DNA of 32,000 nt from Candidatus Saccharimonadota bacterium (GCF_936981045.1 NZ_OW441264.1:1020001-1052000), one strand, 5' to 3'; numbered from the stretch's first letter, positions 18,345 through 27,752 are shown. A program made the numbers and translations. The notes: a model not told the origin generated them from the letters alone.

Positions 18345-19155
18345 AAAATGATTATTTTACTATCGGTATTTAAAAAAGTAGTTATTATGTTTAATATTTC
18401 TCCCGAGTTATTACCATATTTTAAAGGTTATTGTTCTTCATCAGAAGTCATCCTGTTATTTGTATACATGAAGTGTCGTTTTTCCTTGAGCTATAGAGAT
18501 TTGGAAGAGATGATGCGTATGAGAGGCGCAAGAGTTGATCATTCTACGCTACAGAGATGGGTTATTAAGTTTGTTCCTCTGATAGATAAAGCAGTAAGAA
18601 AAAGAAAACGACCAGTTGGTAGTAGTTGGAAAATGGATGAAACCTATGTTAAACTAAACGGGAAGTGGATCTATTTATATAGAGCAGTAGATCGTTATGG
18701 TGATACAGTTGACTTTTTTCTATCTGATCATAGAGACAAGTCTTCAACGCTTTCTTTTTTTCGCAAGGCGATCACAGAAAATAATATTCCTAAGAAAGTA
18801 GTAATTGACAAAAGCGGTAGTAATAAAGTTGCCCTTGATGCGATCAATACAGATCTTGATCAAGATCATACCATTCAAATATTGCAAAACAAATATTTGA
18901 ATAATAGAGTTGAACGAGATCATAGGTTTATCAAAAAACGGATAAAACCTATGCTGGGTTTTAAGAATTTTTATTCTGCTTCCATTACTATTTCAGGGAT
19001 AGAAAACATTCGTATGATTCAAAAAGGACAAGTAAGAGGAGCTAAAAATCATCTTTCTACTTTTGAGAACTTTGCTATCTTAATGGCCGCATAATATCCA
19101 AAATTTGACTTAAACGAAAAACCTATACTAAGAAAACTATAGACGCAACAGAACC
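18323..19155 (+). mobile_element. IS6-family insertion sequence, copy C (833 bp, intact)
   Basis: The termini are GGTTCTGTCGCGTTTATTC and ..AGACGCAACAGAACC, with one substitution in the right repeat. No 8-bp direct duplication (TTATTTGT versus GAAAATCA). Confidence 0.92.
18348..19094 (+). CDS. IS6-family DDE transposase (intact)
   Basis: 248-aa ORF, about 98% identical by eye to the copies at 15447 and 26828. The probable true start is the ATG at 18387. Confidence 0.9.
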   Translation: MIILLSVFKKVVIMFNISPELLPYFKGYCSSSEVILLFVYMKCRFSLSYRDLEEMMRMRGARVDHSTLQRWVIKFVPLIDKAVRKRKRPVGSSWKMDETYVKLNGKWIYLYRAVDRYGDTVDFFLSDHRDKSSTLSFFRKAITENNIPKKVVIDKSGSNKVALDAINTDLDQDHTIQILQNKYLNNRVERDHRFIKKRIKPMLGFKNFYSASITISGIENIRMIQKGQVRGAKNHLSTFENFAILMAA

Positions 19156-19275
19156 GAAAATCAACATGTTTGCAGCCCGCATAGCGGGTAAGTTCTGATT
19201 TGCTAGCTTAAGGGTAGCTTTTTAGCATTTGTTGCGCTAAGGCTTTGTGGTTTGCTTATTTTTTGATTTGGATCT

Positions 19276-20655
19276 ATGCGTTGGGCTTTTTTTGTTATTT
19301 CCTTAGTACCATTCAGTGGATCGGCTGTTGATGTATCGCAATCAATTGTTGTGCCAAAAGTAGTGCGGTTTGCAAACATACAGTTGAAGCTTACAAATGG
19401 TGCTCGTAAGCGTGTGCAAGAAAAAGTAAACCAGCTGACCCGATCAGAAAGGTTGTTTAATAAAATATTAGAAAGAACCCATCTTTTTTTTCCACTTATA
19501 GAAAAAATCTTGGCCGAGGAAAAAGTTCCAGATGATTTTAAATTCCAAGCTGTGCATGAAAGTATGCTGATAGGGGGTGCAGTAAGTCATACTCAAGATG
19601 TAGGCTTTTGGCAAATTCAAAAGGCAACTGGTCTGGGGTTACAATTAACTATAGATCATCTTGTAGATGAAAGAATGCATTTAATTCAGTCCACAAAAGC
19701 GGCAGCTCGTTTTTTAAAAATCCATAACCAATATTTTAATAGTTGGCTGGGCGCGTTACTGGCTTATAATAGGGGTAGGGCAGGAGCAGTAAAGCTATTC
19801 CCTGAAAAATGCTATGGGGCTGAAGTAGTACGATTAGATGATAAGACGGATCATTATATCATTTCTGTTATAGCTACTAAGCTGGCATTTGGAAAGATGG
19901 CTGGAAAAAAAAAGCATTCAAAGTTACAGCTGGTTATCTATGACCAAGGGCACGATGGCCAAAGATTAGAAGATATTGCGGCCCACTTAAAGGTAGATAA
20001 AAAGTTATTATCCGAACATAATCAGTGGCTTAGGACGGCTGTGGTACCACATAATACAAAGTGTTCTTTGTTGGTGCCATTGCTTCATACGCATTCCCAT
20101 GCCCATATCTATCCTGTGCTAAACCTTACTCGACCATTAAACAATAGATCACTTAAACAGAAACAAACCGTAGTATCACCCAGACAACAGACCTCCCAAC
20201 CTTATAGTATAGATTATGCCAAGTATTTAAAGCCTACTTTTCCTGAAATTATGCCTTTAAAAGATGCCCGTTCTGCTAGATTGGTTAAAGCCAATGGAAG
20301 ATTGGCTATTGTAGCAAAAAAAGGAGATACCATTCCCTATTTGGCCAAGTTAGTCGGCTTGGGTATAGATCCATTTCTTCTTATAAATGAGATTGAAAAA
20401 ACTCACCAGCTGATGCCAGGGGCTATATATTATTATAGTTCAAAAGGACGTAAAGGCGGCACACACTATCACGTTGTAGCATCGGGAGAAGATATATGGA
20501 GTATTGCACAACGATATGGTATGAAGCAATCTGCTCTTTTGGAAAAAAATCGTATGAAGCAAGTAGAACCGTTGGAAAAGGGGCGTGTACTATGGTTGCG
20601 GTTTATTAGACCTCGTAAGGTCCCAGTGGAATACTATAATGTAGATCCACTTTAA
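19276..20655 (+). CDS. Lytic murein transglycosylase with LysM repeats (MltD-like)
   Basis: Signal peptide, and an SLT-type catalytic region (..FKFQAVHESML..DVGFWQIQKATG..LLAYNRG..). The C-terminal half has LysM-like segments, for example YHVVASGEDIWSIAQRYGMKQSALLEKNRM. Confidence 0.8.
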   Translation: MRWAFFVISLVPFSGSAVDVSQSIVVPKVVRFANIQLKLTNGARKRVQEKVNQLTRSERLFNKILERTHLFFPLIEKILAEEKVPDDFKFQAVHESMLIGGAVSHTQDVGFWQIQKATGLGLQLTIDHLVDERMHLIQSTKAAARFLKIHNQYFNSWLGALLAYNRGRAGAVKLFPEKCYGAEVVRLDDKTDHYIISVIATKLAFGKMAGKKKHSKLQLVIYDQGHDGQRLEDIAAHLKVDKKLLSEHNQWLRTAVVPHNTKCSLLVPLLHTHSHAHIYPVLNLTRPLNNRSLKQKQTVVSPRQQTSQPYSIDYAKYLKPTFPEIMPLKDARSARLVKANGRLAIVAKKGDTIPYLAKLVGLGIDPFLLINEIEKTHQLMPGAIYYYSSKGRKGGTHYHVVASGEDIWSIAQRYGMKQSALLEKNRMKQVEPLEKGRVLWLRFIRPRKVPVEYYNVDPL

Positions 20656-20822
20656 AGGGAGAAATGGTCAGAAGGCTACTTTTTGCTTGATAAGTAAGGT
20701 AGTATACAAATGCCTTATGGCTTGGATTTGCTGAGGGGTATCATCCTTAAGTTGACACCATTGGTTGAACGAATATGATTTTCTGATCATTGTCAGGGCT
20801 ATATTTTAAAATTCTATTCATT

Positions 20823-21116
20823 ATGCATGATGCGCATCAGACAAGAAGTCTTAAGGAATTGATGAACATATTTCTTGAAACTTCTCCTTTTCAGAAACAA
20901 CTAACAGCGGCTATGGTACGTTCTGCATGGCATAAAACGATGCCTAAGGTAGTTTGTGATAGAACGGAAAATCTTTATGTGCACCATAACAAGATTTTTT
21001 TAAAAATAACTTCTGCACCTTTACGGCATGAGTTAAAGTTTAATAAAGATAAAATCCTTATGATGCTTCATGCAGACATGCCTAATACGCTGTTGCGGGA
21101 TGTTGTTTTTTTGTAA
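20823..21116 (+). CDS. DUF721 (DciA-like) domain protein
   Basis: ~97-aa protein. The pattern ..AWHKTMPKVVCDRTENLYVHHNKIFLKITSAPLRHELKFNKDKILMMLH... is typical of small Bacteroidota DUF721 proteins. The track ORF starts at a TTG at 20790; the ATG at 20823 is preferred. Confidence 0.6.
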   Translation: MHDAHQTRSLKELMNIFLETSPFQKQLTAAMVRSAWHKTMPKVVCDRTENLYVHHNKIFLKITSAPLRHELKFNKDKILMMLHADMPNTLLRDVVFL

Positions 21117-21147
21117 TGACCATCTTATTGATCTAAGTGATGAGGCC

Positions 21148-21738
21148 GTTGCAATAGAGTTTTAAGCTTTGGTATAAAAAGTGACTTTTAGTGTTATACA
21201 ATGGTTAAATTATGTTACTTCTTTAATCGTTTATACTTAAGCTTTTTAATAGTATTGTTATGGCAATTCAAACAAGTGGTCAGTTAAGTTTGGCAGATAT
21301 TTCAGCGAACAGGGGTAAATGCAAACATACCTTTTTTGATCAAATTAATAAGCTAGTTAATTGGTCATCAGTAGAAAAATTACTCCGCTCATATTACCCT
21401 ATCCGCTGCTTTTGTTTAAAATGCTCTTGCTTCAGACCTGGTATTCACTCAGTGACTATCAAGTAGAAGAAGAAGTAAATGATCGTATTACTTTTAGCAG
21501 ATTTTGTGGTATTTCGATGGATAGTTGTGTTCCAGATCATAGTGTATTAAGCAGATTTAGGACTTCCCTTACCGAACAAAAGGCCCTAGAAAAGTTATTG
21601 AAAATCATTAATGATCAGCTAGCTGCACATGGAGTACTCGTTCAACATGGTGCAGTTGTTGATGTCTCTATTACCCCTACGCCTAGACGGCCTAAAGGTA
21701 AAAAAAGCTATGATCTCCATGAAGATCGCACTATAACT
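21148..21738 (+). mobile_element. IS5-family element, 5' fragment (frameshifted transposase N-terminus), truncated by the IS982-like insertion
   Basis: The start GTTGCAATAGAGTTTTAAGCTTT.. is shared with a second fragment at 28336. ORFs 21260..21466 and 21361..21756 give ..FKMLLLQTWYSLSDYQVEEEVNDRITFSRFCGI..VPDHSVLSRFR.., an IS5-type N-terminal domain. Homology ends at 21738. Confidence 0.8.
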
Positions 21739-22741
21739 ACCTCAGTTCGGGATTAGACGTATTGTGAACCAGTCATATATATATTAGTTATAGAAGGTTT
21801 TTTCTCTTTTAGTGCATAAGCTGTAATTCCAGCTATCAAATTGACTAGAAAATTAGGTATGCTTCTATGCCTGGAATGTTCTATCTGGCTAATATTTTTG
21901 AGCTGATCTATAATAGTTTCAATTATAGATCGTTTTCTAAGCATCAGTTTATCCCAGAGTGGCATAAAAGCATTTTTCATATTTTTTCTGATTTGGGTAA
22001 TGAGTTCCACGCCTTTCTCGATCAGTTTTTAAAATAAATCTTTGCTTATGTAACCTTTATCGGCAAACATTTTACCCATCAAGTGTTTACATAAATTTTC
22101 TACAGGAAGCCTATCATTAGTTTTACCTGTGGTCAGTTGAAAATTCATGATTTCTCCTAAATAATTGACTATCAAGTGCAACTTTAATCCAAAAAACCAA
22201 CCGATGCTGGTTTTACCTTTAGTAGCAATCGATTTAAAAACCCTGTGCGTATAGGCTCTTTTGATATGGCAAACCTTGATGGCTGTTGCATCCATAAAAT
22301 AACAACCTGTTTTTGTTTTAGAAAGACTTTGTGTAAAACAGTACAAGGGAACTAACGTTCTTTGGATCAGTTCTATAAATCTATTGTAGCTTACTAACTT
22401 TCCAAATTCACTAGAATGAAATTGCTGTAAATGAATATAATAAGACTTAAAACTTCTAAAACCAATCACATGAAAGGCAATAAGAACAGTCATTATTTCA
22501 CTCAAAGTTAATGAACAAGTTCTAGTGGGTTTTCTTTTAGAGTTGGTTAACAGTTGTTTTTCCATATATGGCATAAACTTTATGAGAAATTCATCAACAG
22601 CATAATATATTTCAACTAATTATTTCTACATTCATAACTGGCTCCTTTGGATAATCTGGTTAGTATTTTTTTATCTCCAAATTTAAAACACAAAGAAGCT
22701 TTTTAAAGCTATTTTTTAACAAGCTAATCCCGAACTCAGGT
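21739..22741 (-). mobile_element. IS982-like insertion sequence, full length (1003 bp) but with an inactivated transposase
   Basis: The terminal inverted repeats are ACCTCAGTTCGGGATTAG at 21739 and CTAATCCCGAACTCAGGT ending at 22741. No clear target duplication. Confidence 0.88.
21753..22635 (-). pseudogene. IS982-family transposase, disrupted
   Basis: After the ATG at 22635 the frame hits an early stop (MNVEIIS*), where fragment 14860 reads MNVEKLVEIYY. There is a second frame break near 22010-22030 between ORFs 22029..22574 and 21753..22010. Confidence 0.85.
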
Positions 22742-22746
22742 TACCA

Positions 22747-23118
22747 ATGCTGAATTTTAAAAGAATGAGTATGCCAGTAGAAAAAGCACCAGTAGTAGAA
22801 AAAGAGAAAAATCCTGTGGTAGAGGGTAAAGTAAAGAAGCGAATAACAAAAGAAATGATTCTCCAAAGAATCAGTGAAGTATCTTTAATTGGATCTCTTG
22901 TTTCTGGCTTTGATCCCGTTAATATAGAAGGAAATTACCAATCTAGATCCTCTTTGAGAGTATTCGTTTATTTTGGAAAGGTAAGTAAAACATGTCAATT
23001 TATATGCTATCAAACGGGCAAAGGAGGAGATGTGTTTGCCCTTTGGGGATACTGTCATCGATTAGATTATTCCACGCAGTTGGACGATATTCTGGAACAT
23101 ATAAATCGAAGATTCTAA
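22747..23118 (+). CDS. Hypothetical protein; weak resemblance to a degenerate primase-type CHC2 zinc-finger region
   Basis: 123-aa ORF starting 5 nt after the IS982-like end. ..QFICYQTGKGGDVFALW.. resembles the f-h-C-F-g-C-g-x-g-G-D-v-i-x-F core of zf-CHC2, but three of the four metal ligands are missing. Possibly a gene remnant. Confidence 0.35.
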   Translation: MLNFKRMSMPVEKAPVVEKEKNPVVEGKVKKRITKEMILQRISEVSLIGSLVSGFDPVNIEGNYQSRSSLRVFVYFGKVSKTCQFICYQTGKGGDVFALWGYCHRLDYSTQLDDILEHINRRF

Positions 23119-23173
23119 TTGGGCCTGTAAGCAAATGTTCTAGCACCTACTAGACTATTAAAATATAAATTTT

Positions 23174-24358
23174 GTGGTTGGTATTCAAGACGTTTCTTTT
23201 CAGGATAAAAAAGTCCTTATACGGGTTGATTTTAACGTACCCATAACGGACCAAGGTGTCATTATTGATGACCGACGTATTCGAAGGAGTGTACCAACCA
23301 TTCAAAAAGTAATAAAGGATGGCGGCATAGCCATTTTACTCTCTCATTTTGGAAGGCCTAAACATGGATATGCAGCACGTTATTCGTTAAGCAGGCTCTT
23401 ACCTACATTATCTAGTTTATTGAAACAACCTATTCAGTTTGCGCCCAATTGTATAGGAGCAGCGGTACAAGAACAGATAAACACGCTAGCGCCAGGTGGC
23501 ATCTTATTACTCGAAAATGTTCGTTTTCATGCAGAAGAAACATTAGAGGATAAGCACTTTGCGCAAGCATTGGCTGCATTGGCAGATGTATATATTAATG
23601 AAGCTTTTGGAACCATTCATAGAAAGCATGTTTCTACTAGTTTGCTACCTGCTTATTTTAAAGAACGATATGCGGGCTACTTATTGCAGCAAGAGATAGC
23701 GGCTATTGATAAGCTTTTTTCAAAAGAACAATCTCCCGTTGTAGCCATTATGGGTGGCAATAAACTGGTAGATAAGGCAAAACCTATTGAAGGCTTAATG
23801 CGTTACGTAGACCATATATTGATTGGCGGAGGGCTTGTACTACCTTTTTACCATGCAAAACAGGCTAGATACCTTTCCTATACCGAACCAGAGGCGATTG
23901 CCAGTAGGTTGTTTGATGCGCTAATGTGCAATAGCCACTGTCAGTTATGGTTGCCAACAGATGCCCTAACGGCCCCTGAAATGCATGCACAGGTTGCGCC
24001 ATCTACCTTATCGCTTGCAGATATGCCATGTGGTGCCAATATTTTAGATATTGGGCCAGCTACGCAAGCACGTTTTTCTGCGTGGATTCTAGAGGCTAAG
24101 ACCATATTATGGGCAGGGCCTATGGGGGTATTTGAATGGGATCAATGTGCCGCTGGTACAGTGGCTATTGCCCAGGCCATTGCACAAGCCACTCAGCATG
24201 GTGCCTACAGCATAGTAGGGGGTGGAGATACCTCTGCTGCTATTAAGCAAATAGGATATGAAAATCAGGTTTCCTATATTTCTACAGGAGGAGGGGCATT
24301 GTTGGCCTATATTGCAGCAGATAGAAAACTACCAAGCTTAGAGGCACTTAAGGAATAG
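23174..24358 (+). CDS. pgk: Phosphoglycerate kinase
   Basis: 394 aa with a GTG start. Motifs are ..KKVLIRVDFNVPI.., ..LLENVRFH.EE.. and ..VGGGDTSAA...STGGGALL.., all classical PGK. Confidence 0.93.
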   Translation: MVGIQDVSFQDKKVLIRVDFNVPITDQGVIIDDRRIRRSVPTIQKVIKDGGIAILLSHFGRPKHGYAARYSLSRLLPTLSSLLKQPIQFAPNCIGAAVQEQINTLAPGGILLLENVRFHAEETLEDKHFAQALAALADVYINEAFGTIHRKHVSTSLLPAYFKERYAGYLLQQEIAAIDKLFSKEQSPVVAIMGGNKLVDKAKPIEGLMRYVDHILIGGGLVLPFYHAKQARYLSYTEPEAIASRLFDALMCNSHCQLWLPTDALTAPEMHAQVAPSTLSLADMPCGANILDIGPATQARFSAWILEAKTILWAGPMGVFEWDQCAAGTVAIAQAIAQATQHGAYSIVGGGDTSAAIKQIGYENQVSYISTGGGALLAYIAADRKLPSLEALKE

Positions 24359-24361
24359 CTC

Positions 24362-24381
24362 AGCAATATTTTTATTGCTTT
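24362..24381 (+). terminator. Possible weak intrinsic terminator after pgk
   Basis: AGCAATA-TTTT-TATTGCT hairpin (7-bp AT-rich stem) followed by TT, 4 nt after the pgk stop. Low predicted stability. Confidence 0.3.
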
Positions 24382-24487
24382 ACACCTGTAGCTGGTTTGT
24401 AGAGTCATGGTTGTGGTACAGTATACTGTTTAATTTTTTGAAGTACCATAGCTACAATCTAGCCATTTACAAAAACAGAATTATTAT

Positions 24488-26719
24488 ATGCTTAACAAAA
24501 AAATCCTACTATTTGGAATTTGTATGGGGTTGTGTATGAGTGGCATATATTCTGCTTATGGAAATAGACCACAAGCGGTCCAATCAGTTGATCAGATTAC
24601 AATAGCTAAATCCATACCTATAAAGCATATATCGCCTATAGAGGTGCACCTAGCAGCTGCCAAGCGGAATGTAGCCCATATTCGTTCTTTAATTGCTTCT
24701 GGTAAAAATATTCAGGTATTGGACAAAAATAACATTAGTGCATTGCATATTGCCGCCGCCAGAGGTTCTTTGCTTTGTCTACAAGAGCTTATTAATGTAG
24801 GTGCTAAGGTAAATATAGTTGATTATCTGGGTAGAACACCGCTCTATCTTGCTGCTCAGAATGGACACCTGCCCGTTATTCGAGAGCTTATTGCGGTTGG
24901 TGCCACCATTCAGCTCTCCGATTATCAAGGTAGGACCCCCCTTCACGTTGCTGCAGAAGCTGGCCAAGCGCCAGCTATCTACTACTTCATTCGAAAAGGA
25001 GCAAATGTAAATGGATTTGATAAGGATGATTGTACACCTTTGCATTGTGCTGCTTTATCAGGTTCACCTTTATCTGTTCAAGCCCTAATAAAGGCAGGTG
25101 CAAAAGTGCAGGTATTTACCAAGCAGCATAAGTTAACCCCGCTACATGCTGCTGCGCAAAGTGGTAATGTGGCCTCTATACGTTTATTAGTCCATCACTA
25201 TGCTAATGTAAGTGCCTTAACACCCAGTGGCATTTCACCCCTTTACTTAGCCGCTCAACATGGCAAACTGGCCGCGTTAAAGGAGCTACTACATCATAAG
25301 GCAGATATCCATGCAGTAGAAGGGCTCAATACACCCTTACATGCTGCCGTGTTAGGTGGTCATTTGGATTGTTTAAATCTATTGTTAAAGGCAGGTGGTA
25401 ATCCATCTGTTCGCGATAAAGGCGAAAATACCCCTTTACACTTAGCGGCTCGGTATGGTAAAAGCGATTGTTTAAAAGCGTTGATAGCCATCAATGAAAC
25501 ATATGTACAGCTAATGGGTGAAAAGAAGCGTACCCCTTTGCATTGGGCTGCTCGATCAGGCCATTTTGCTTGTGTGGAGCAGCTTATTCAGGCAGGAGCG
25601 GCTATAAATGTTCCAGATTTCCACAACAAAATCCCTCTTCATCTAAGTGCTTTCTATGGACACGATGCCTGTCTAGGTAGGTTGTTACAAGCTGGTGCAA
25701 ATCCCCATGCCACAACCCACATAGGATGTACACCATTACATATGGCTACCCAAAGCGGTAATATAAGGTGTTTAAAAGCACTTCTAGAAGCTGGTGTCAA
25801 CCCTTCTATTGTCGATAGGTTTAAAAACACCCCCCTTCATTTATCTATTGCATATCAAAATATAGATGCTAGTTTAGAGCTTATAAAATCTGGTGCGCCA
25901 GTAAATACAGCCAATCAATGGGGGGTAATACCCCTGCATATAGCTGCAAAAGCGGGGAACTTGATTGCTTTGCAAGCACTTATCCAAGCAAAGTCTAAAG
26001 TGAATGTTGCAAAAAAATCAGGTGCTACAGCCATGCATGTAGTGGCAAAAAGAGGATACATAGCTTGTTTGAAAGCATTGATACAAGCAGGTGGAAAGGT
26101 TAGAGTCTACAATAAGGCTAAGGAAACCCCTCTCTATCTAGCAGCTGCTAATGGCCATTTGGATTGTGTAGAGGCATTGATTGAAGCCGATCAGAATGAG
26201 CATTCTATAACTAAAAAGCTCAAAAGCAAAGTTTCAGGTCAACCGCTCCTGAATAAGGTTATTAAAAGCAAGCCTAAACTAGATATGGCCAATCAATTTA
26301 ATGAGACCCCTTTGTATGCTGCAGTCAAGAATGGACATGTTGATTGTGTTTTATTGCTTATACGTTATGGTGCAAAGGTAAATATTAAAAAAAAGAAGGG
26401 GAAGCCCCTTTTACACCTTGCTGCTCAAAATGGTTGTGAAGTCTGTCTAAGGGCTATTCTAGGTGCAAAATCAGAAATTAATGCATTAGACCAGCATAAA
26501 AACACACCTTTACATCTTGCTGCTCAAAATGGCCATATTAAAGTGGTACAAGAGCTCATACAAGCAGGTGCTTTATTAAAGAAAAATAAGTTTAATAAGA
26601 CACCTGGTTATTTGGCGCTACAGAATGGATATATAAAGTGTTATCAATTGTTAAACGTTTACTTTGCACATCAAGAAAAAAAACTGGAAAATCAAAAGCC
26701 GCCATGCTGCTTCAATTAA
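24488..26719 (+). CDS. Ankyrin-repeat protein (~20 ANK repeats) with N-terminal signal peptide
   Basis: 743 aa. The N-terminus is hydrophobic (KKILLFGICMGLCMSGIYSAYG). About 20 tandem 33-aa units of the type xTPLHLAAxxGHxxxVxxLIxAGAxVN follow, with one ~27-aa Lys-rich spacer near residue 575-600. It ends ..KPPCCFN. Confidence 0.9.
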   Translation: MLNKKILLFGICMGLCMSGIYSAYGNRPQAVQSVDQITIAKSIPIKHISPIEVHLAAAKRNVAHIRSLIASGKNIQVLDKNNISALHIAAARGSLLCLQELINVGAKVNIVDYLGRTPLYLAAQNGHLPVIRELIAVGATIQLSDYQGRTPLHVAAEAGQAPAIYYFIRKGANVNGFDKDDCTPLHCAALSGSPLSVQALIKAGAKVQVFTKQHKLTPLHAAAQSGNVASIRLLVHHYANVSALTPSGISPLYLAAQHGKLAALKELLHHKADIHAVEGLNTPLHAAVLGGHLDCLNLLLKAGGNPSVRDKGENTPLHLAARYGKSDCLKALIAINETYVQLMGEKKRTPLHWAARSGHFACVEQLIQAGAAINVPDFHNKIPLHLSAFYGHDACLGRLLQAGANPHATTHIGCTPLHMATQSGNIRCLKALLEAGVNPSIVDRFKNTPLHLSIAYQNIDASLELIKSGAPVNTANQWGVIPLHIAAKAGNLIALQALIQAKSKVNVAKKSGATAMHVVAKRGYIACLKALIQAGGKVRVYNKAKETPLYLAAANGHLDCVEALIEADQNEHSITKKLKSKVSGQPLLNKVIKSKPKLDMANQFNETPLYAAVKNGHVDCVLLLIRYGAKVNIKKKKGKPLLHLAAQNGCEVCLRAILGAKSEINALDQHKNTPLHLAAQNGHIKVVQELIQAGALLKKNKFNKTPGYLALQNGYIKCYQLLNVYFAHQEKKLENQKPPCCFN

Positions 26720-26802
26720 ACGAACTTTCTACTCATTTTTAAGGGGACACTTTCTACTTGCAACTTATACCTTCTCTTTGGAGCAACTCGACCACATGTG
26801 GG

Positions 26803-27635
26803 GATTCTGTCGCGTTTATTCTAAAAAATGATTATTTTAGTATCGGTATTTAAAAAAGTAGTTATTATGTTTAATATTTCTCCCGAGTTATTACCATATT
26901 TTAAAGGTTATTGTTCTTCATCAGAAGTCATCCTGTTATTTGTATACATGAAGTGTCGTTTTTCCTTGAGCTATAGAGATTTGGAAGAGATGATGCGTAT
27001 GAGAGGCGCAAGAGTTGATCATTCTACGCTACAGAGATGGGTTATTAAGTTTGTTCCTCTGATAGATAAAGCAGTAAGAAAAAGAAAACGACCAATTGGT
27101 AGTAGTTGGAGAATGGATGAAACCTATGTTAAACTAAACGGGAAGTGGATCTATTTATATAGAGCAGTAGATCGTTATGGTGATACAGTTGACTTTTTTC
27201 TATCTGAGCATAGAGACAAGTCTTCAACGCTTTCTTTTTTTCGAAAGGCGATCACAGAAAATAATATTCCTAAGAAAGTAGTAATTGACAAAAGCGGTAG
27301 TAATAAAGCTGCCCTTGACGCGATCAATACAGATCTTGATCAAGATCATACCATTCAAATATTGCAAAACAAATATTTGAATAATAGAGTTGAACAAGAT
27401 CATAGGTTTATCAAAAAACGGATAAAACCTATGCTGGGTTTTAAGAATTTTTATTCTGCTTCCATTACTATTTCAGGGATAGAAAACATTCGTATGATTC
27501 AAAAAGGACAAGTAAGAGGAGCTAAAAATCATCTTTCTACTTTTGAGAACTTTGCTATCTTAATGGCCGCATAATATCCAAAATTTGACTTAAACGAAAA
27601 ACCTATACTAAGAAAACTATAGACGCGACAGAACT
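26803..27635 (+). mobile_element. IS6-family insertion sequence, copy D (833 bp, intact ORF; one mismatch in each outermost repeat position)
   Basis: The left end reads GATTCTGTCGCGTTTATTC (second base A instead of G). The right end reads ..AGACGCGACAGAACT (last base T instead of C). No 8-bp direct duplication (CATGTGGG versus TATTGTGC). Confidence 0.9.
26828..27574 (+). CDS. IS6-family DDE transposase (intact)
   Basis: 248-aa ORF, near-identical to the other intact copies. Confidence 0.9.
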   Translation: MIILVSVFKKVVIMFNISPELLPYFKGYCSSSEVILLFVYMKCRFSLSYRDLEEMMRMRGARVDHSTLQRWVIKFVPLIDKAVRKRKRPIGSSWRMDETYVKLNGKWIYLYRAVDRYGDTVDFFLSEHRDKSSTLSFFRKAITENNIPKKVVIDKSGSNKAALDAINTDLDQDHTIQILQNKYLNNRVEQDHRFIKKRIKPMLGFKNFYSASITISGIENIRMIQKGQVRGAKNHLSTFENFAILMAA

Positions 27636-27752
27636 TATTGTGCCATAAAGAAGATCGAGGATAAATGGACTATGCCGCTGCGAAACTGGGCGTTGACCAT
27701 ATCTCAGATAGACATCTTTTTTCCCGGTAGATTAAAAGAGACGTTGAGATGA
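27636..27752 (+). pseudogene. IS256-family transposase, extreme C-terminal fragment, truncated by IS6 copy D
   Basis: My translation gives YCAIKKIEDKWTMPLRNWALTISQIDIFFPGRLKETLR* (stop at 27750-27752). The ..KKWTMP.R.W....L..F..RL tail is characteristic of IS256-family transposases. The element end probably lies within ~40 bp downstream. Confidence 0.7.

Noticed and set aside
24779-25045. Two short ORFs (24779..25045 minus, 24819..25010 plus) inside the ankyrin gene
   Set aside because: These are alternative-frame or antisense ORFs within a strongly periodic ankyrin-repeat coding region.
3507-27752. Hypothesis that the IS256 N-terminal fragment (3507-3935) and C-terminal fragment (27636-27752), both abutting IS6 ends in compatible orientation, are two halves of one IS6-interrupted IS256 separated by a large inversion
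   Set aside because: The 8 bp next to the IS6 ends do not match (GTGAAAGC versus TATTGTGC). The two fragments are also not contiguous in the transposase (about residue 143 versus the last ~38 residues). They are more likely independent truncations or deletions.
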